Positions 24,655 to 38,325 of a stretch of DNA of 64,000 bases are shown here, one piece after another; the stretch's first letter is position 1, and every line of letters begins with the position of its first letter. Both the position numbers and the translations under genes were made by a program. The stretch spans positions 23,560,001 to 23,624,000 of the forward strand of contig OX597837.1 of assembly GCA_951406725.2 (NCBI GenBank), read 5' to 3'. Below the pieces are notes generated by a model, which did not search any database, had not been told where the DNA came from, and saw only the letters and a list, made by a program, of their open reading frames with translations. Origin of the DNA: Octopus vulgaris. Lineage: Eukaryota.

Positions 24655-25340
24655 TGTATGTTTGTATGTATGTATGTACGTATGCATGTATGCAGGTAGG
24701 TAGGTATGTGTGTGTATGTGTATGTATGTATGTATGTTTATATGTATGTATGTATGTATGTATGTAAGTATGTATGTATGTATGTATGTATGTATGTATG
24801 TATGCATGCATGCATGTATGTATGTATGTATGTATGTATGTATATATGCATGTATGTATGTATGTATGTATGAATGTATGTATGTAGGTATGTATGTATG
24901 TATGTATGTATGTATGTATGTATGTATGTATGAATGTATGTATGTATGTATGTATGTATGTATGTATGAATGTATGTATGTATGTATGTACGTACATACG
25001 TATGTATGTATGTATGTATTTATGTATGCAGGTTGGTAGGTATGTGTGTGTATGTGTGTATGTATGTATGTATGTATGTATGTATGTATGTATGTATGTG
25101 TGTATGTATGTTTGTATGTTTGTTTGTTTGTGTGTGTGTGTTTATATGTGTAACCATTAATAACATGCAGAGAGAAAACTTCATATAACATTCTTTCTGT
25201 ATAGATACACACACACGTGCACACACACACACACACACTCACACATGCATGTAGTGTACGAAAACATATTCACACAAACCCACACAACACACATACATAC
25301 ATACATACATACATACATACATACATACACATATACATAT
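24655..25340. repeat. (TATG)n / (CATA)n tetranucleotide tracts
   Basis: Directly visible. Confidence 0.95.
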
Positions 25341-25786
25341 ACATATATATATATCCATATATGTATAAGCGTTTGACCATTGACAACCTACACTGCTGCA
25401 GCCACCCACTACCATCACAACAACAACTACTACCACCACCACCAACCACTACCACCACTGCCACCAATACTAATAAATATCTTTTCATTCATATTTTCAT
25501 TCATACCATTTACTTCTGTTACTGTTGTTGTTAATACCACTGCTGTTTTGGTTCTTACTTTCACTTTCGTTTCATGTTACCATTATTGTTGCTGTTGTTG
25601 CTGGGTCCTAGATGACCTACAATCAAAGCCACTCCATCCATGACCATTCCATGCTTTTTCCAAACATTGTTTTCCACTGGAGTATATTATGCAGAGCATC
25701 ATCATCATCATCATCAACATCATCATCACCATCATCACCATCATCACCATCATCATCATCATCACCATCATCACCACCATCACCAT

Positions 25787-25818
<32 letters not shown>

Positions 25819-25825
25819 TCATCAT

Positions 25826-26216
25826 TATTTATTTTTTCCTTCTTTCTTCAAATTTTCTTCCTTTTCTCACCGGGTGTTTTCCGTACACCTAGGGCAGAGA
25901 AGTTCATTGAATGCATTCCCAGATTACACACGCAAATTCACAGGTAAAATATGTATTTAAAAAAATTAATAAATAAATAAATTCATGAATGGTTGTTGTT
26001 TTCACAGCGATAATGCTCTTCTCAGTACATGAGGCATTCCAGTTAACGTGATTTTTTGCACCTCCTTTAGGGATGGTAAGCCTGGTATCATTTTCAAATA
26101 GGTTTCAGTACCTTTTTTTTATCATTCCTAGAGCTCCTACAATCACTGGTACTGTAGTTGCCTTGAGATGCCACCTTTTTTCAATTTCTATTAGCAAGTC
26201 TTTATATTTACTGATC

Positions 26217-26220
<4 letters not shown>
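25826..26220 (-). mobile_element. R4/Dong-clade LINE 3' end (second family) adjoining (TAA)n
   Basis: Reads KISKYKDLLIEIEKRWHLKATTVPVIVGALGMIKK...PSLKEVQKITLTG..HVLRRALS. A related 3' UTR lies at 33270-33470. Confidence 0.8.
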
Positions 26221-26266
<46 letters not shown>

Positions 26267-26289
26267 CATCATCATCATCATTATTATTA

Positions 26290-26353
<64 letters not shown>

Positions 26354-27124
26354 AACGTGGAAGGTGTTTATAAGCCATTTAAGAAACACACAAAAATCGT
26401 TAGATTCACTTCAGCATTTAAATAATATTATAATAATAATAATAATATCATTGTTGTATTTTGGAAAGGTCATTTTGCCAGTTTAGCCAATAATAGGTTT
26501 CAGTACCTTTTTTTATTATTATTATTATTGTCTGAGGCAGTAAGATGTAATTTTTGAAGATTTAGCTTCTATTTCTAGCAGGTTAAACAACCATAAAGCA
26601 GTCCATCCAGGTAATATCAAGGACTACTGGTAATATACTGTCAAGTACAGAGCTGATTACTCTGGCAATTAATATATAGCTGATTACTCTGCTGATTATT
26701 AGTATAGAGCTGATTACTCTGGCAATTTGTATATTTCTTGAAGTAAACCAGGAGAACTGTTTAACAATTAAGCAATTCTGAGGTCACATCAGACACACCA
26801 ATGTAATTAATGTAATTAATGATTTAATTGTTGAGGTTTATTGTGGAGTCATTATGCCAATAATATTAACATGTGCACAGGTTCAATTTCACTTCTTTCT
26901 CTCTTCTTCGGTTGCACTTCTTTCGTGAATTCCCATGATTCTCTGTCATTATCCAATTCCATTATTATGAATCTGAATTGGGAGATTGATTCATAGTGAA
27001 TCTTTCATTAGCTGATTACACAACCATGGATGCCACCCCTATGAATATGTTGCAGTTACTCTCTAGATAGAGCTTGGTGACCTTGGCCATTGACCTCCTA
27101 GGATTCCTTTGCTTAATGCCAATG

Positions 27125-27692
27125 TATTGGGTTGTCCAGAAAATTCGAGCCGATTTATAGTAGCTTACCTTTCAACTTATTTTAGAACATGTTTGAGTCC
27201 ATAAAATAGGATTTGACAACACCTCCATTTAGAGCACAGTTTAAGCTATCTTTTCGTGGAAGAAGGTTTATGTTCCTATAACCTGTGTTAATTCTGTAAC
27301 CCTATAAAATGGAAGATAAGAAAGTTTATTTTCGGCACTTGATGCTTTTCTTTTTCCATAAAGGGAAAAATGCCTCACAAGCAAGCAAATAAATATGCGC
27401 AGTTTATGGTGATGTTTCTTTATCCGAAAGAACTGTACAGAAGTTATTTTTCCTCGAGATTGTAGCCTTATTGATAAAGAGCGATCAGGCAGACCGTCCA
27501 CTACAGATGATGACCAAATCAAGTCATCAATTGAGAATAACCCACATTGCACAACCTGAGAATTGGCAGAAAGCCTCAACCTATCAAAATCCGTCATTCA
27601 TGAGCACCTGGTAAAGCTTAGGTAATGGTAAGTATTTATTGACCTTTCATTTTCTTTTAAAAATCGCCACAAACTTTCCGGACAACCCAATA
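27125..27692 (+). mobile_element. Internally deleted mariner element with both TIRs and TA TSD
   Basis: TA|TTGGGTTGTCCAGAAAATTCGAGCCGATTT ... AAATCGCCACAAACTTTCCGGACAACCCAA|TA. Protein remnants are MEDKKVYFRHLMLFFFHKGKNASQA (from 27309) and KERSGRPSTTDDDQIK...HEHLVKL. Confidence 0.9.
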
Positions 27693-29871
27693 AAAAGCAT
27701 TGTTGGCTCAGTCGAGCTCTTCTGCTACCTCTTCACCATCTGCCATGCATATCACCCATTCAGACACCCTGCCAGGGATCCACTTCTTAATGTTAGTTAA
27801 TTGTTAATCAATTGGTTAAAAATCTAATCAACTAACTGTGGTATATTAAATAAATAATTGAATGGTTAGTTAATTAGGTATTTAACCAACTGACTAACAA
27901 TTGACTAACAATAAAGAAGTGGGATTCACCCTGTGTTTTTATTGTTATTATTGGCCTAATGACCCTACCCAAGATACAACAAAGTTTGTTTCAACACACG
28001 AATTCATATCAAGAATCTTGCAAACTGAATACAAAAACAAAGACTGTAGAATCATAATGTTCCAAGACCTTGCTCTTCAACATAAAGTTTGGGAAGTTCA
28101 ACTGTGGCAAGGATTGAAGAATTTCAACTTTTCAAACCCTTGCACTTCTGTAGAGATTTTAATAAGAAATGTAGAACCTTAATGTTCCAAAACCTCGCTC
28201 TTCATCAGAAAATTTGGCAAGTTCCATTGCTGCAAAAACTGTAAAATTTTACTTTTTTGAAAGCTTTACTGTTGAGCAGAAAGTCTGAAAAATTCAATGA
28301 CCAAGAGGAGATGAGAATCTGACATTCCATGTGCATGTCTTTCATCAGAGAATTTGACAAGTTCAGATGCCAATGAGAATCTAATATTCCTTATCTTGTT
28401 TTTCATCTGACAAATACTAAACTCCAAAACACAATTGAACTTATCCAAATGTTTCCCATTAAATGTTCCTCGGGACTATTAGCAATCTGATATGTTCATC
28501 CATTCTGTTATTTGATTCCTAGTTTCTGAACAGAGAAAAATTAATATCTGTCAAGTGAAAGTGGAAGAGAATAGAGGAGAGGAAGGAGTGTCTGAGGAAA
28601 GAAATGGCAGGAAGAGGTGGAAATAAATGGGAATAGTTGGTAAAGATGTCTGAGAGTGTCAAGGATGTTGGTGCCTTCTGAGTTAAGTATGTTGCTGCAT
28701 AAATGATGAGAGAGCAAAAGAAAGAATTCCACAGACAAAGATACCATTTAAATTTATTCGGAAACTGGTGCGAATGTGAGTCATGCAAATGTGGAAACAG
28801 ACATTATAAAATAGAATTTTAAAAAATAGTGAAAAGGAGGAAAAAAAAGGAAGAAAAGATGAAAAGAAATATGTTTTTTTATTTTTTCTGCTTACTTTTT
28901 TTGAGAGGGGATAACTTTTATTTTATTTATTTATTTTTTTTTTGTCTTTCCAATATTTGTGGCTATGGTTATCTCTTTTCTGAGACATAAAAGTGAAAAA
29001 TAAAAGAAAGGAAACAGGTCAATAAAAACCCAATAAAAACCTCTAAAAGAATTTGGTAAGTATAAGGATGGAAATGGGGAGGATGTACATCTTGCTCTCA
29101 TTCTAAAGAAGAAAAAAAAAGAAGAAAAAAAAACAAAAAAGATGCAGTAAATAACAGCTACAAAAAAAAAAAAGGAAAAATCATTTTTTATTTGTTACAA
29201 GTCTGTTAGTCTGGGGAAAGAGTTAAAGCTGGGGAGGGTGTTGGGAAGGGAGTAAATAGAAGAATGGATGAGAAAGGCATACAGGAAGAATGGAAAAAGA
29301 ATGAGAAAAACATAAAAAAACTGATGAAGCAAAACAGTAAAATTCTTAGAAGAGAGGACAAATAGTGAGAAAAAACTGGTTGGTGTGAAGCAGTAGACCA
29401 AAAATGGAAAAAAAAACCAAGAATTCCAAAAACCTGAAGAACATAAGTGAGAAATGAGTTGTCCTTGTTTCAAGTGACATTTGAAGGTCAAAATAGAAGT
29501 TATTTTTTTCCTTTGTTTTACTTTTCTACTTCACCAAACAAACATTTGAAAAAGAAGGGAGAAAAAATTATTCTGAAAAATTTAATTCTTCCTAATGCCA
29601 AAAGAAAATGAATTTCTTCAATTCTTTAAAAAAAAAATTTTTCTTCAGGTTTTTGTCTTTGTTTTATTTATCAGTTTATTTGCTTCATTACATCAAGAAT
29701 TTTATTTTTTGCTGTTTTCTAGTTCTTAACCACCCCTTGTCTCCAAGTTTTATTTTAAACAATTGATTCAAATTTAATAACTTGGAAACACTTAATTCTT
29801 CATTTAATGCTGGAAATCAAAAAAAGGAAATGTATAAATAAAATTATAATAGAATTAAGAAATAATGATTA

Positions 29872-29902
<31 letters not shown>

Positions 29903-29945
29903 TGATGATAATAATAATAATAATAATAATAAAAATAATGAAATG

Positions 29946-29988
<43 letters not shown>

Positions 29989-29999
29989 TAATAGGTGTG

Positions 30000-30497
30000 G
30001 TTGAAATTGAAATCAAACTCGGTGACTGGCATCCGTTGCTAGTGGAGCACTAAGAGTACCATATGAGTGAGATTGTTGCCAGAGCAACAAGCTGGCCTTC
30101 ATGCCGATGGCACGTTTAACCACACCATTCAAACGTGATCATTACTGCGTCGCCTTACTAGCACTTGTGCTGGTGGCACGTGAAAGTACCATTCGAGCGA
30201 GGTCATTGCCAGTGCCGCTGGACTGGCTCCTGTGCAGGTGGCACATAAAAAGCACCATTTGAGAGTGGCCATTTCCAGTACCACCTAACTGACCCTTGTG
30301 CCGGTGACACGTAAAAGCACCCACTACACTCGCGGAGTGGTTGGCGTTAGGAAAGGCATCAAGCTGTAGAAACTCTGCCAGATCAGATTGGAGTCTGGTG
30401 CAGCCATCTGGTTCGCCAGACCTCAGTCAAATCGTCCAACCCATGCTAGCATGGAAAGCGGACGTTAAATGATGATGATGATGATGATGATGATGAT
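30000..30497 (+). mobile_element. Family C SINE with about 5 array units, nearly colinear with the 7425 copy
   Basis: Same unit order and spacers as 7560-8030. An opposite-strand relative lies at about 30630-31125. Confidence 0.88.
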
Positions 30498-31555
30498 GTG
30501 TGGTAAAAAGCTTGCTTCCCAACTGTATAGTTCTTGGCTAGTGTCTTCAACTATAACTTTAGGCCAACCAAAGCCTTGTGAGTAGATCTGGTGGACTGAA
30601 TTTGAAAGAAGCCCATTGTATATATTTATCATCATAATCATCATTTAATATCCATTGTCCATGCTGGCATGGGTTGAACTGTTTGACCAGGGTTGGTAAG
30701 CTGGAAGGCTGCATCAGACTCCAGTCTGATTTGGCAAAGTTTTCTATGACTGGATGACCTTCCTAATGCCAACCACTCCGCGAGTGAAATGGGTGCTTTT
30801 ATGTGCCACCAGCATGGGTGCCATTTGCATGACCCCAGTATCTGCTATGACTGCGATTTTACTTGGCTTGATGGGTCTTCTTCTCAAGCATGACATAATG
30901 CCAAAGGTCTCAGTCATTGCCTCCTTGAGGCCCAACACTTTAAAGGAACTCAGCCACTATGCCTCCGTGAGACCCAACGCTCAAAAGGAACTCAGCCACT
31001 TTGCCTTCAGGAGGCCTAATGCTCGAAAAGTATTCTTTACGTGCCACCGTGATGGGCACCAGTTAAGTGACACCAACATCAACCATGACCATGATTTCAT
31101 TTGGCTTGATGGGTCTTCTCAACCCCAAAAAGGATTTAAGGCAAATTCGGCCTTAGCCAAATTTGAACTCAGAATATAACAACAGGCAAAATACTGCTAA
31201 GCATTTCATCCAGCATGCTAACGATTCTGCCAGCTCACCACCTTAATAATAATGATGATGATGATGATGATGATGATGATAATGATTTGCCCGGCACTAA
31301 GGTAGCTGAATTAAGGTTATAATGAAAAGAAACCATAAATAATAATAATAATAATAATAATTATAATAGTAATAGTAATAGTAATAATGATAATAATAAT
31401 CATCATCATCATCATCATCGTTTAGCGTCTGTTTTCCATGCTAGCATGGGTTGGACGGTTCTACTGGGGTCTGTGAAGCCAGAAGGCTTCATCAGGCTCA
31501 GTCAAATCTGGCAGTGTTTCTACGGCTGGATGCCCTTCCTAACGCCATGCCCTTC

Positions 31556-31589
<34 letters not shown>

Positions 31590-31616
31590 GTAATAGTAAT
31601 AGTAATAGTAATAATG

Positions 31617-31689
<73 letters not shown>

Positions 31690-32053
31690 GTCATTTACTA
31701 ATTGATCCATCCTGGCCATTTGATTCCAGGATCATAAAGAAAAAAGATGAAAAACATAAAAAATATAATCCCTCAAAATTTGAAATTGCAAGCATTTGGA
31801 ATATGAAAACTGTAAAGCTTGTGCCTGTAATAACTGGTACAGTAAAGGTATAGATAAATGTTTGAAGTAGATTAGAATAGAATGTCCTATAGAGCTTCTA
31901 TAGAAAGTTTGCCTCTTAGGGACAGGAAAGATTATCAGGAGCGTCTTAAGCACTTGAAAGACTATTGAAAGATTGTGGATACTAAGGTTACAGGTAGTCA
32001 CCTGCTACCCTTATAAATCCTGCCAGGAATAGCACCAAACTTGAGTTAAATCA
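31690..32053 (+). mobile_element. R4/Dong-clade LINE 3' fragment between (TAA)n tracts
   Basis: Reads LLIDPSWPFDSRIIKKKDEKHKKYNPSKFEIASIWNMKTVKLVPVITG, an RLE C-terminus. Its 3' UTR matches 15260-15360. Confidence 0.8.
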
Positions 32054-32089
32054 ATAATAATAATATTAATAATAATAATGATAATAATG

Positions 32090-32122
<33 letters not shown>

Positions 32123-33016
32123 GTAATAATAGTAATAATAATAATAGTAATAATAATAATAGTAATAATAATAATAGTAATGATAATAATAATCCTTTCT
32201 AGTATAGGCACAAGGCCTGAAATTTTAGGGGAAGGAGATAGTCGATTACATCAACCTCAGTGCTCCACTGGTTCTTATTTAATCAACCCTGAAAGAATGA
32301 CAGGTAAAGTCAACCTTGGTGGAATAAAAATGATAGTAATAATAAGAAGAAAGAAAGAATGAAAAAAAACAAAGAAAGAAAGAAAGAAGTATTGAAATCA
32401 GGATAGAAGTAAAAATAAATAAATGTAAGAAAATGAAACTTTCTATCAATTAAATAATTCTTTTTTGTTTTCTTTGCTGTTGTTATGTTTTTATTTTTCT
32501 CAGCTTTTCCTAAATTTAACAAGTCACCAGTCACCAATGAAGTCTCATAGGTTTGGCTCAATCAAGAACCAAAGTAAAAAAAAAGAAGAAAAAAACACAA
32601 ATAAAAACAAAATACCTACCACTTCTGTAGTTCTCTCTTATCAACAGTTCTCAATATTTTTACCATATTTTGTAATATTGATTTTTGACATTTGCAAACA
32701 AAGACAGATTTATAAGAGCAAAGGTTATAATTGATCAAAACCACCATGTTATACCTTCAGAGTGAAACCAGCCATATCTGACCCATATAATCTACATGTT
32801 TTATGTTCAAGCCAGCCAGATCCATCCTCTCATGCTTAACCTGCAATGTCTTTCTAAAACTAAACAATTACATTATTGAAATCTTCTATTATATTCTACT
32901 CTTTTATTCTATCCTATTCTATTGACCCCAATACTTAACTGGTACTTATTTAATCAACCCTGAAAGAATGACAGGTAAAGTCAACCTTGGTGGAATAAAA
33001 ATGATAATAATAAGAA

Positions 33017-33077
<61 letters not shown>

Positions 33078-33239
33078 AGTATTGAAATCAGGATAAAAGT
33101 AAAAATAAATAAATGTAAGAAAATGAAACTTTCTATCAATAAAATTATTTTTTTTTGTTTTCTTTGCTGTTGTTGGGGTCAATGTAATCAACTAGCTCCC
33201 TCCCCTAAAATTTCAGGCCTTGTGCCTATACTAGAAAGG

Positions 33240-33271
<32 letters not shown>

Positions 33272-33502
33272 TTTTTTTTTCTTCTTTCAAATTTGTTCCA
33301 TTTCTTGCCGAGTGTCTTCCCGACTCCTAGGGCAAAGAAACTCATAGTATACATTGGTAGGCCAATAAACTAAACTCAATAGTTCGTTCATTTTTTTTTT
33401 TTTAAGTTAAATTAAAATACATGGGTAGTAATAATTCTCACATCGACAATGCTCTTCTCAATACGTGTGATTTTATTATTATTATTATTATTATTATTAT
33501 CA

Positions 33503-33555
<53 letters not shown>

Positions 33556-33699
33556 GATTTGACTCAAGTTTGGTGCTATTCCTGACAGGATTTATAAGGG
33601 ATATAAGCAGAAGTATGACTATTGGTTTAGGTATGGCTGTGTACTCGAGAAGAAAGTATCTGAACCATACACAACAACTTCTAAGACTTGAGGCTTATT

Positions 33700-35290
33700 T
33701 TTAATGAAGGAATGAAGCAGAATTGAAATAAACTGCACAGAATAGGAAAGAATGGAAGATTTACAAGATAATAATGGAAATAAGAGATCAGAATGGAAGA
33801 GAAGAGAACAGAATAGAATGGAACAGAATCAAACAGAATAAGACTGATCAAGATAGAACAGAATAAAACAGAAATGAAAACATGGACCAGAATGGAATGG
33901 GAGAGAACACAATGGAACTAAATAGATTAGAATATGTATAACAGAATAGAATATATGGAAGAGAATAAATAGGACACAAGAGCAGAATAGAATAGGATAG
34001 AATAGAATAGGGTAAAATAGGATAGAACAGAATATACTAGAATAGAACAGAACAGAATAGGATAGAATAGAATGGGATAGAACAGAATAAAATGGGCTAG
34101 AATGTAATAGAATAGAATAGGATACACTAGAATAGGGTAAAATAGGATAGAATAGAATATGCTAGAATAGAACAGAACAGAATAGGATAGAATAGAATGG
34201 GATAGAACAGAATAGAATAGAATAGGAAAGAACAGATTAGAGAGGAGAGAATAGAACAGAATAGAGTAGGACAGAATAGAAGAGTAGAATATAATAGCAG
34301 AGGACATAACAGAATAGGATAGAACAGAATAGAACAATTGTTGTTTGTTCCTTCTCTTGTTGTTCCGGTTTCTTTGGTGTATAGGTTCCCTACCTGGATG
34401 GGATGCCAGTCCATCGCAAGTGAGCTGCAAGATGCTGGAGGAAAGGGTGAGAGAAAGTTGTAAAAGACTCAGCAGAAGTTTGCTATTACCTTCTGCCGGA
34501 ACCACATGGATCTTAGGTGTTTCACTCATAAACACACATTGCCCTGTCTGAGATTCGAACCAACGATCTCTCGACTGTGAGTCCGCTGCTCTAACCACTA
34601 GGCCATGTGCCTCCACATAGAACAGAATAGTACAAGATAAAACAGAAGAGACATGAAAATAGAACTGGAGGAACATATTCTAGCAGAATAGACCATGTGG
34701 AACAGAATAGAACAGAACAAAATTAGAATAGAACGGAACATATAGTACAGAACAGAATAAGATAGAACAGAATTATTGTTTGTTCTTTCTCGAGCCACAC
34801 TTGGCTCATAAGGGCTGGTTTCCTGGTTTCTTTCGTGTATAGGTTCCCCACCTGGATGAGACACCGGTCTGTTGCAGGTGAGCTGCAAGATGCAGGAGGA
34901 AAGAGTGAGAGAAAGTTGTGGCGTAAGAGTCAGCAGAAGTTTGCCATTACCTTCTGCCAGAGCCGTGTGGAGCTTAGGTGTTTCACTCATAAACACACAC
35001 ATTGCCCGGTCTGAGATTCGAACCCATGATCCCTCGACTGCGAGTCCGCTGCTCTAACCACTAGGCCATGTGCCTCTACATAGAACAGAATAGTACAAGA
35101 TAAAACAGAAGAGGCAAGAAAATAGAACTGGGGGAACATATTCTAGCAGAATAGACCATGTGGAACAGAATAGAACAGAATAAAATTAGAATAGAATAGA
35201 ATGGAACATATAGGACAGACCAGAACAGGATAGAATAGCATATAAGAAACAGAATAAACAGAATGGGACAAAATAATACAGAATAGTAAA
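33700..35290. repeat. (ATAGA/ACAGA)n pentanucleotide region containing a tandemly duplicated minus-strand family D SINE plus flank
   Basis: SINEs at 34340-34617 and 34775-35077 are each followed by the same flank ACATAGAACAGAATAGTACAAGATAAAACAGAAGAG. Confidence 0.85.
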
Positions 35291-35886
35291 TAAAAGTCCC
35301 TTGTACTGCACACACACACATGCACACACACACACACACATACACACAAATACATATGCTATACATTCACATATACACTCATACATACCAACATACACGC
35401 ACACATGCACACACACACACACACACATATGCAAACAAACAAATTTTCATAAAATAGATACTACACAATACATGTTAGTGTGTGTGTGTGAGTATGTGTG
35501 TGTGTGAATGTTAGTGTGTATGTGAATGTATAGCATGTGTATCTGTGGGTGTATGCTAATAATATAATCTTAAAGGTTGCATACAATATACACATACACA
35601 CACACACACACACTCTCACACACACATTTTTCTAAAGTATATATTAATAACAATGCATGCATGTGTGTGTAATATGATTGTTGGTGTGTATGTGTATGTA
35701 TGCAAATGTATTGCCTATGTGTGCATATGTGTGTATTTTACGTAACCTTAAAGGTTGCAAAACACACACACATTTTTCTAAAATATATAATACACTATGT
35801 ACGCTTGTGTGTGTGTGTATGTATTTATGTGTATGTCTATGTATGTTTATATATGCAAATATATAGCCTGTGTGTGAATATATAGC

Positions 35887-35924
<38 letters not shown>

Positions 35925-36544
35925 TACACAGCCTGAAAGGTTGCATAAATATACGGACACACACACATTCTCCGTCCCTCACTCACACACACTCTCACAT
36001 ACACACTCCCACATAAACACACACACACACAAACATACTTCAAAGGTTGCATAAATATAAGCATACACACACATTCTCCCTCCCTCTCTCACACACATAC
36101 ACACACACACTCACATACACACATACACACACACACACACACAAACATGCATTATAGTAAGCAGTACGATGCATTAGTAGGTTGGTCAGAATATATATGA
36201 GCAAAGTTACAATTGAGTATTGTGTAAATGGGGAGCTAATTAGGCATGTAACCAATTAGAAGTTGGAAAATGTATTAACGAGAGAAGACCATTGAGAATA
36301 GAAAACTATTCCTTTAAAATGCCATTTAGACATTGTATCTGCTGTCAGCTAATAGACATCTTACTCATTTTTACTCTCCAACTCCCCCTCCTCTTCATCC
36401 TCTCCTCCTACTCATACTCCTTGTCCATTCATATAAACTGTTTTTAATGGTGAAGGCTATTTGGAATATTAAGCAGCTTTACTCATACGTTTAGCTCAGT
36501 TTTAGCTTGTCTTTAGTGTCTGACTAACCATAGATGCAGTCTTT

Positions 36545-36865
36545 ACTCTTTTACTTGTTTCAGTCATTTGACTGCGACCATGCCGGAGCACCGCCTTTAG
36601 TCGAGCAATTCGATCCCAGGACTTATTCTTTCTAAGCCTAGTACTTATTCTATCGGTCTCTTTTGCCTAACCGCTAAGTTTAGGGGACACACCACCATCG
36701 GTTGTCAAGCGATGGTGGGGGACAAACACACACACACAAACATATACACACACACACATATATATATACATACACACACGCTGAGTTACGGGGATGTAAA
36801 CACACCAGCATCAATCACGACTGACGTGATGTTGCCAGGACAAACACAGACACACAGACACACAA

Positions 36866-36909
<44 letters not shown>

Positions 36910-37102
36910 GTATATATACATATACATATATACATATATACGACAGGCTTCTTTCAGTTTCCGTCTACCAAATCTATTCACAAGGCTTTGGTTGGCCCAA
37001 GGTTATGGTAGAAGACACTTGCCCAAGGTGCCATGCAGTGGGATTGAAACCGGAACCATGTGGTTGGTAAGCAAGCTACTTACCACACACCCACTCCTGC
37101 GT
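36545..37102 (-). mobile_element. Family A SINE with an internal partial duplication
   Basis: ctcttttacttgtttcagtcatttg ... ccacacacccactcctgcg. Confidence 0.85.
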
Positions 37103-37149
37103 CTTGGTAAATTCACAGTATAGTTATGGTTGTTAATACGGCTTCATCA

Positions 37150-38325
37150 GTGATATTTCATCCATCCTTATGTTCTGAGTTCAAATTCCACCGAGGTCAT
37201 TTTCAATCTTTCAGGGTTGATAAAATAAGTACCAGTTGAATACTGGGATTGATCTAATCAACCTTCGCCCTTCCTCCAAATTGCTGGCTTTGTGTCAAAA
37301 TTCGAAACCAATAGGTCTTTATTAACGATAAGGTTGTAAGCTGGCAGGATCATTAGCATGCTGGACAAAATGCTTAGTGGTATTTCATCTGCGGTTACGT
37401 TCTGAGTTCAAATTCCACCGAGGTCGACTTTACCTTTCATCCTTTCGGGGTCGATTAAATAAGTACTAGTTACGCACTGGGGTTGATATAATTGACTTAA
37501 TCCGTTTGTCTGGCCTTGTTTGTCCTCTCTGCCATTATGTTCTGAGGTTGACTTTTTCCTTTTATCTTTTCGGAGTCAATAAATAAAGTACCAGTTACAT
37601 ACTGGGGGTCAATGTAATCAACTTAATCCTTTTGTCTGTCCTTGTTTGTCCTCTCTGTGTTTAGCCCCTTGTGGGTAGTAAAGAAATAGGTATTTCATCT
37701 GGCTTTACATTTGGAGTTTAACCCCTTACCCAACAATTATTTTGAAAATATATGTATTTTTTCAGACATATTTTTTAATTGTTTTATTTTACTATGTTTT
37801 GAACGGTGATTTCGAGGTATATTTCAAACCCTATTTATTATGAATTTTAATCTTTTAAAATCTTTTGACGAGTTAACTCGCCAGAGATAGAAAAAAACGA
37901 TTTCGGTCAAAACGCATATATTCATTTCTGCCGGGTAAGGGGTTAAATTCTGCCGAGGTCAACTTTGCCTTTCATCTTTTCAGGGGCAATAAAATAAGAA
38001 CCAGTTGTACGCTGGGGTCAATGAAATTGACTTATTCCCTTCCCTAAACCTGTTGGCCTTTTGCCAAAATTTGAAACCAATATGTCTCATAATTAATTTC
38101 ATTGCTAGTGTGGTGAGCTGGTAGAATTGTTAGCATGCCAGGCAAAATGATTAGCAGCACTTCATCCTTTTCTTTGTTCTGAGTTCAAATTCTGCTGAGG
38201 TCAACTTTGCCTTTCTTCCTTTTGAGGTCAATAAAATAAGTACCAGTTGAACACTGCAGTCAATGTAATCGACTTACCTCCTCTCCTGAAATTGCTAGCC
38301 TAGTCCCAAAATTTGAAACCAATAT
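37150..38325 (+). mobile_element. Cluster of same-orientation family B SINE units
   Basis: At least 5 occurrences of ttctgagttcaaattc..gaggtc..tttcggg..aagtaccagtt. Confidence 0.82.
37718..37946. mobile_element. piggyBac-like MITE inserted in a family B SINE
   Basis: TTAA|CCCCTTACCC (37722-37731) ... GGGTAAGGGG|TTAA (37933-37946). The SINE resumes in register as gagtTTAAattctgccgagg. Confidence 0.88.
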
